The notes beneath the pieces are model-generated. The model had not been told where the DNA came from, made no database searches, and worked only from the letters and a program-made list of their open reading frames with translations. Both the position numbers and the translations under genes were made by a program. Below, one piece after another: positions 30,816 to 32,000 of a stretch of 32,000 nt of DNA (the stretch's first letter is position 1; each line of letters begins with the position of its first letter). The DNA comes from Candidatus Saccharimonadota bacterium (GTDB lineage: Archaea; Micrarchaeota; Micrarchaeia; Micrarchaeales; Micrarchaeaceae), in NCBI RefSeq assembly GCF_002214165.1, contig NZ_CP019964.1:690001-722000 (forward strand). Reading direction: 5' to 3'.

Positions 30816-32000
30816 ATGGAAGAGTCCTCCCTACCTAAAGGTTCTTTTAGTCACAAGGAAAAATTGATGTCTCTGGCTTTTACTTCATTTGGCCATTTCT
30901 CAAATGACTTCACTATTTTATTATTCTCGCTTCTAATCGTTTATTATTCGCAGGATTATGGTATAAGTTTGGCAGTGCTAGGAGCCGTAGCAATAATATA
31001 CAACGTACTTTCAGGCCTTTTGAGCACTCCAATTGGAAGCTATGCAGACAGAACTGGCCAGTACCGGACATTGATTGCTATTGGGATTGCTATAATAGGC
31101 ATAGCGGTAATTCTCTTTGCACTTTCATTTCAGTTCTCGCATTATGTACTCCCTCTTATGCTTATCTCTGCGGTAGTGATTGGTACAGGGCAAGCTTTTT
31201 ACCATCCGTTAGGTGCATCGGTTTTGAGGGTAACGTATGAAGCAAAAACATCCTCTGCGTTAGGAATAAATGGGGCTTTTGGCAGTGTGGGCCGTTCAGT
31301 ACTGCCAGTATTGCTTGTGCCAATGATAATCTTATATGGTGAATTCCATGCGCTTCTTTTTATTGCAGGCTACCTTTTCATAGTAGCATTGATTATATTC
31401 TTAGGTCTTGACTTCATCAAGCCTCAAAATGGCTCTATAGAGAGAAAGTCTGAGAAGTCTTCAGATGACAAATTAGGTCAAGGCGGCATAGAGAGGTATG
31501 AGAGGGCAATTTTCATCTTGGTACTTATAGTATTCATAAGGGCTATGTTCCTTACTGGAACTACTACTTATATTTCTGAATACCTGGTAAGCCGCGTGCA
31601 TTCTGATATTATCATGAGCTATATAATGGCGATAAGCTTTATCACTGCAGTGGCTGGTCAACCAATCTTCGGTAGGATAACTGAGATTAAAGGAGGAAAG
31701 TTCAGCATAATAGTGACAACGGTTTTATCCACGATATTCTTCATATTGTTCATGCTGTCGGGATCAAATGCAATACTTGATACTATAACATATGCGTCTT
31801 TTGTATTCATGGGATTCACTGGATTTCCAGTACTGCTTGGTTATGTAAGCCAGATAGTGCCTAAAAAAGTAGCAACAAAATCAAATGGGCTTGTATGGGG
31901 ATTGGGAAACACAGTAGGAGGGGGAGTTGGATTGGCGATCATGTCAATAGTTCTGTTCTTGAAGATAACTCTTGTTGACACAATGTGGATTATGGTTATC
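30816..32000 (+). CDS. MFS transporter, 5' part (runs off the right edge of the window)
   Basis: The frame is open from ATG 30816 (alternative ATG 30867) to nt 32000 with no stop, which is probably why it is absent from the track. My manual translation shows a series of TM helices and the MFS loop motif PIGSYADRTGQYRT. Confidence 0.8.
   Translation, partial: MEESSLPKGSFSHKEKLMSLAFTSFGHFSNDFTILLFSLLIVYYSQDYGISLAVLGAVAIIYNVLSGLLSTPIGSYADRTGQYRTLIAIGIAIIGIAVILFALSFQFSHYVLPLMLISAVVIGTGQAFYHPLGASVLRVTYEAKTSSALGINGAFGSVGRSVLPVLLVPMIILYGEFHALLFIAGYLFIVALIIFLGLDFIKPQNGSIERKSEKSSDDKLGQGGIERYERAIFILVLIVFIRAMFLTGTTTYISEYLVSRVHSDIIMSYIMAISFITAVAGQPIFGRITEIKGGKFSIIVTTVLSTIFFILFMLSGSNAILDTITYASFVFMGFTGFPVLLGYVSQIVPKKVATKSNGLVWGLGNTVGGGVGLAIMSIVLFLKITLVDTMWIMVI

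Noticed and set aside
1-32000. CRISPR arrays, rRNA genes, toxin-antitoxin pairs and restriction-modification genes
   Set aside because: No regularly spaced direct repeats, rRNA-like sequence or recognisable defence-gene motifs were seen on either strand.

Overview
AT-rich archaeal chromosomal segment. The archaeal call rests on topoisomerase VI-B, aIF1/SUI1, eL40, P0/P1 stalk proteins, Rpo11, exosome Csl4, aTrm56, an intron-containing tRNA-Tyr with a C1:G72 pair, AT-rich TATA-like boxes and GGTG/GAGG Shine-Dalgarno motifs. The protein set looks Thermoplasmata-like, but that is inference only. Positions 12.3-32 kb are mostly housekeeping: top6B, a KH/Dim2-like protein, an atypical HMG-CoA-synthase-like gene, rpl40e (missed by the ORF track), an aTrm56-HD fusion, rpl29-SUI1, rpl1-P0-P1, csl4-rpoL-DUF99, three tRNAs, a membrane-anchored double-AAA ATPase, a TauE/SafE permease, a tandem Lrp/AsnC-like protein, a ROK kinase, a solo-TnpB IS200/IS605-type element and a partial MFS transporter. 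The most interesting part is the left 12.3 kb: a same-strand, translationally coupled cluster of about 13 genes, probably continuing past the left edge. It encodes four paralogous polytopic membrane proteins sharing a signature motif, two paralogous 277-aa bitopic proteins, one VirB4/TrbE/CedB-like FtsK-HerA-superfamily ATPase whose C-terminal module is duplicated as a separate small gene, small accessory proteins with winged-helix-like ends, and a 796-aa sequon-rich surface protein. No relaxase, coupling protein, integrase, pilus ATPase or secretin-type gene is visible. I interpret it as a candidate uncharacterised envelope-spanning translocation apparatus, distantly analogous to conjugation or Ced/Ted-type DNA-transfer machines. 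Neither the function nor the novelty can be established from sequence reading alone. No CRISPR array or rRNA gene was found.
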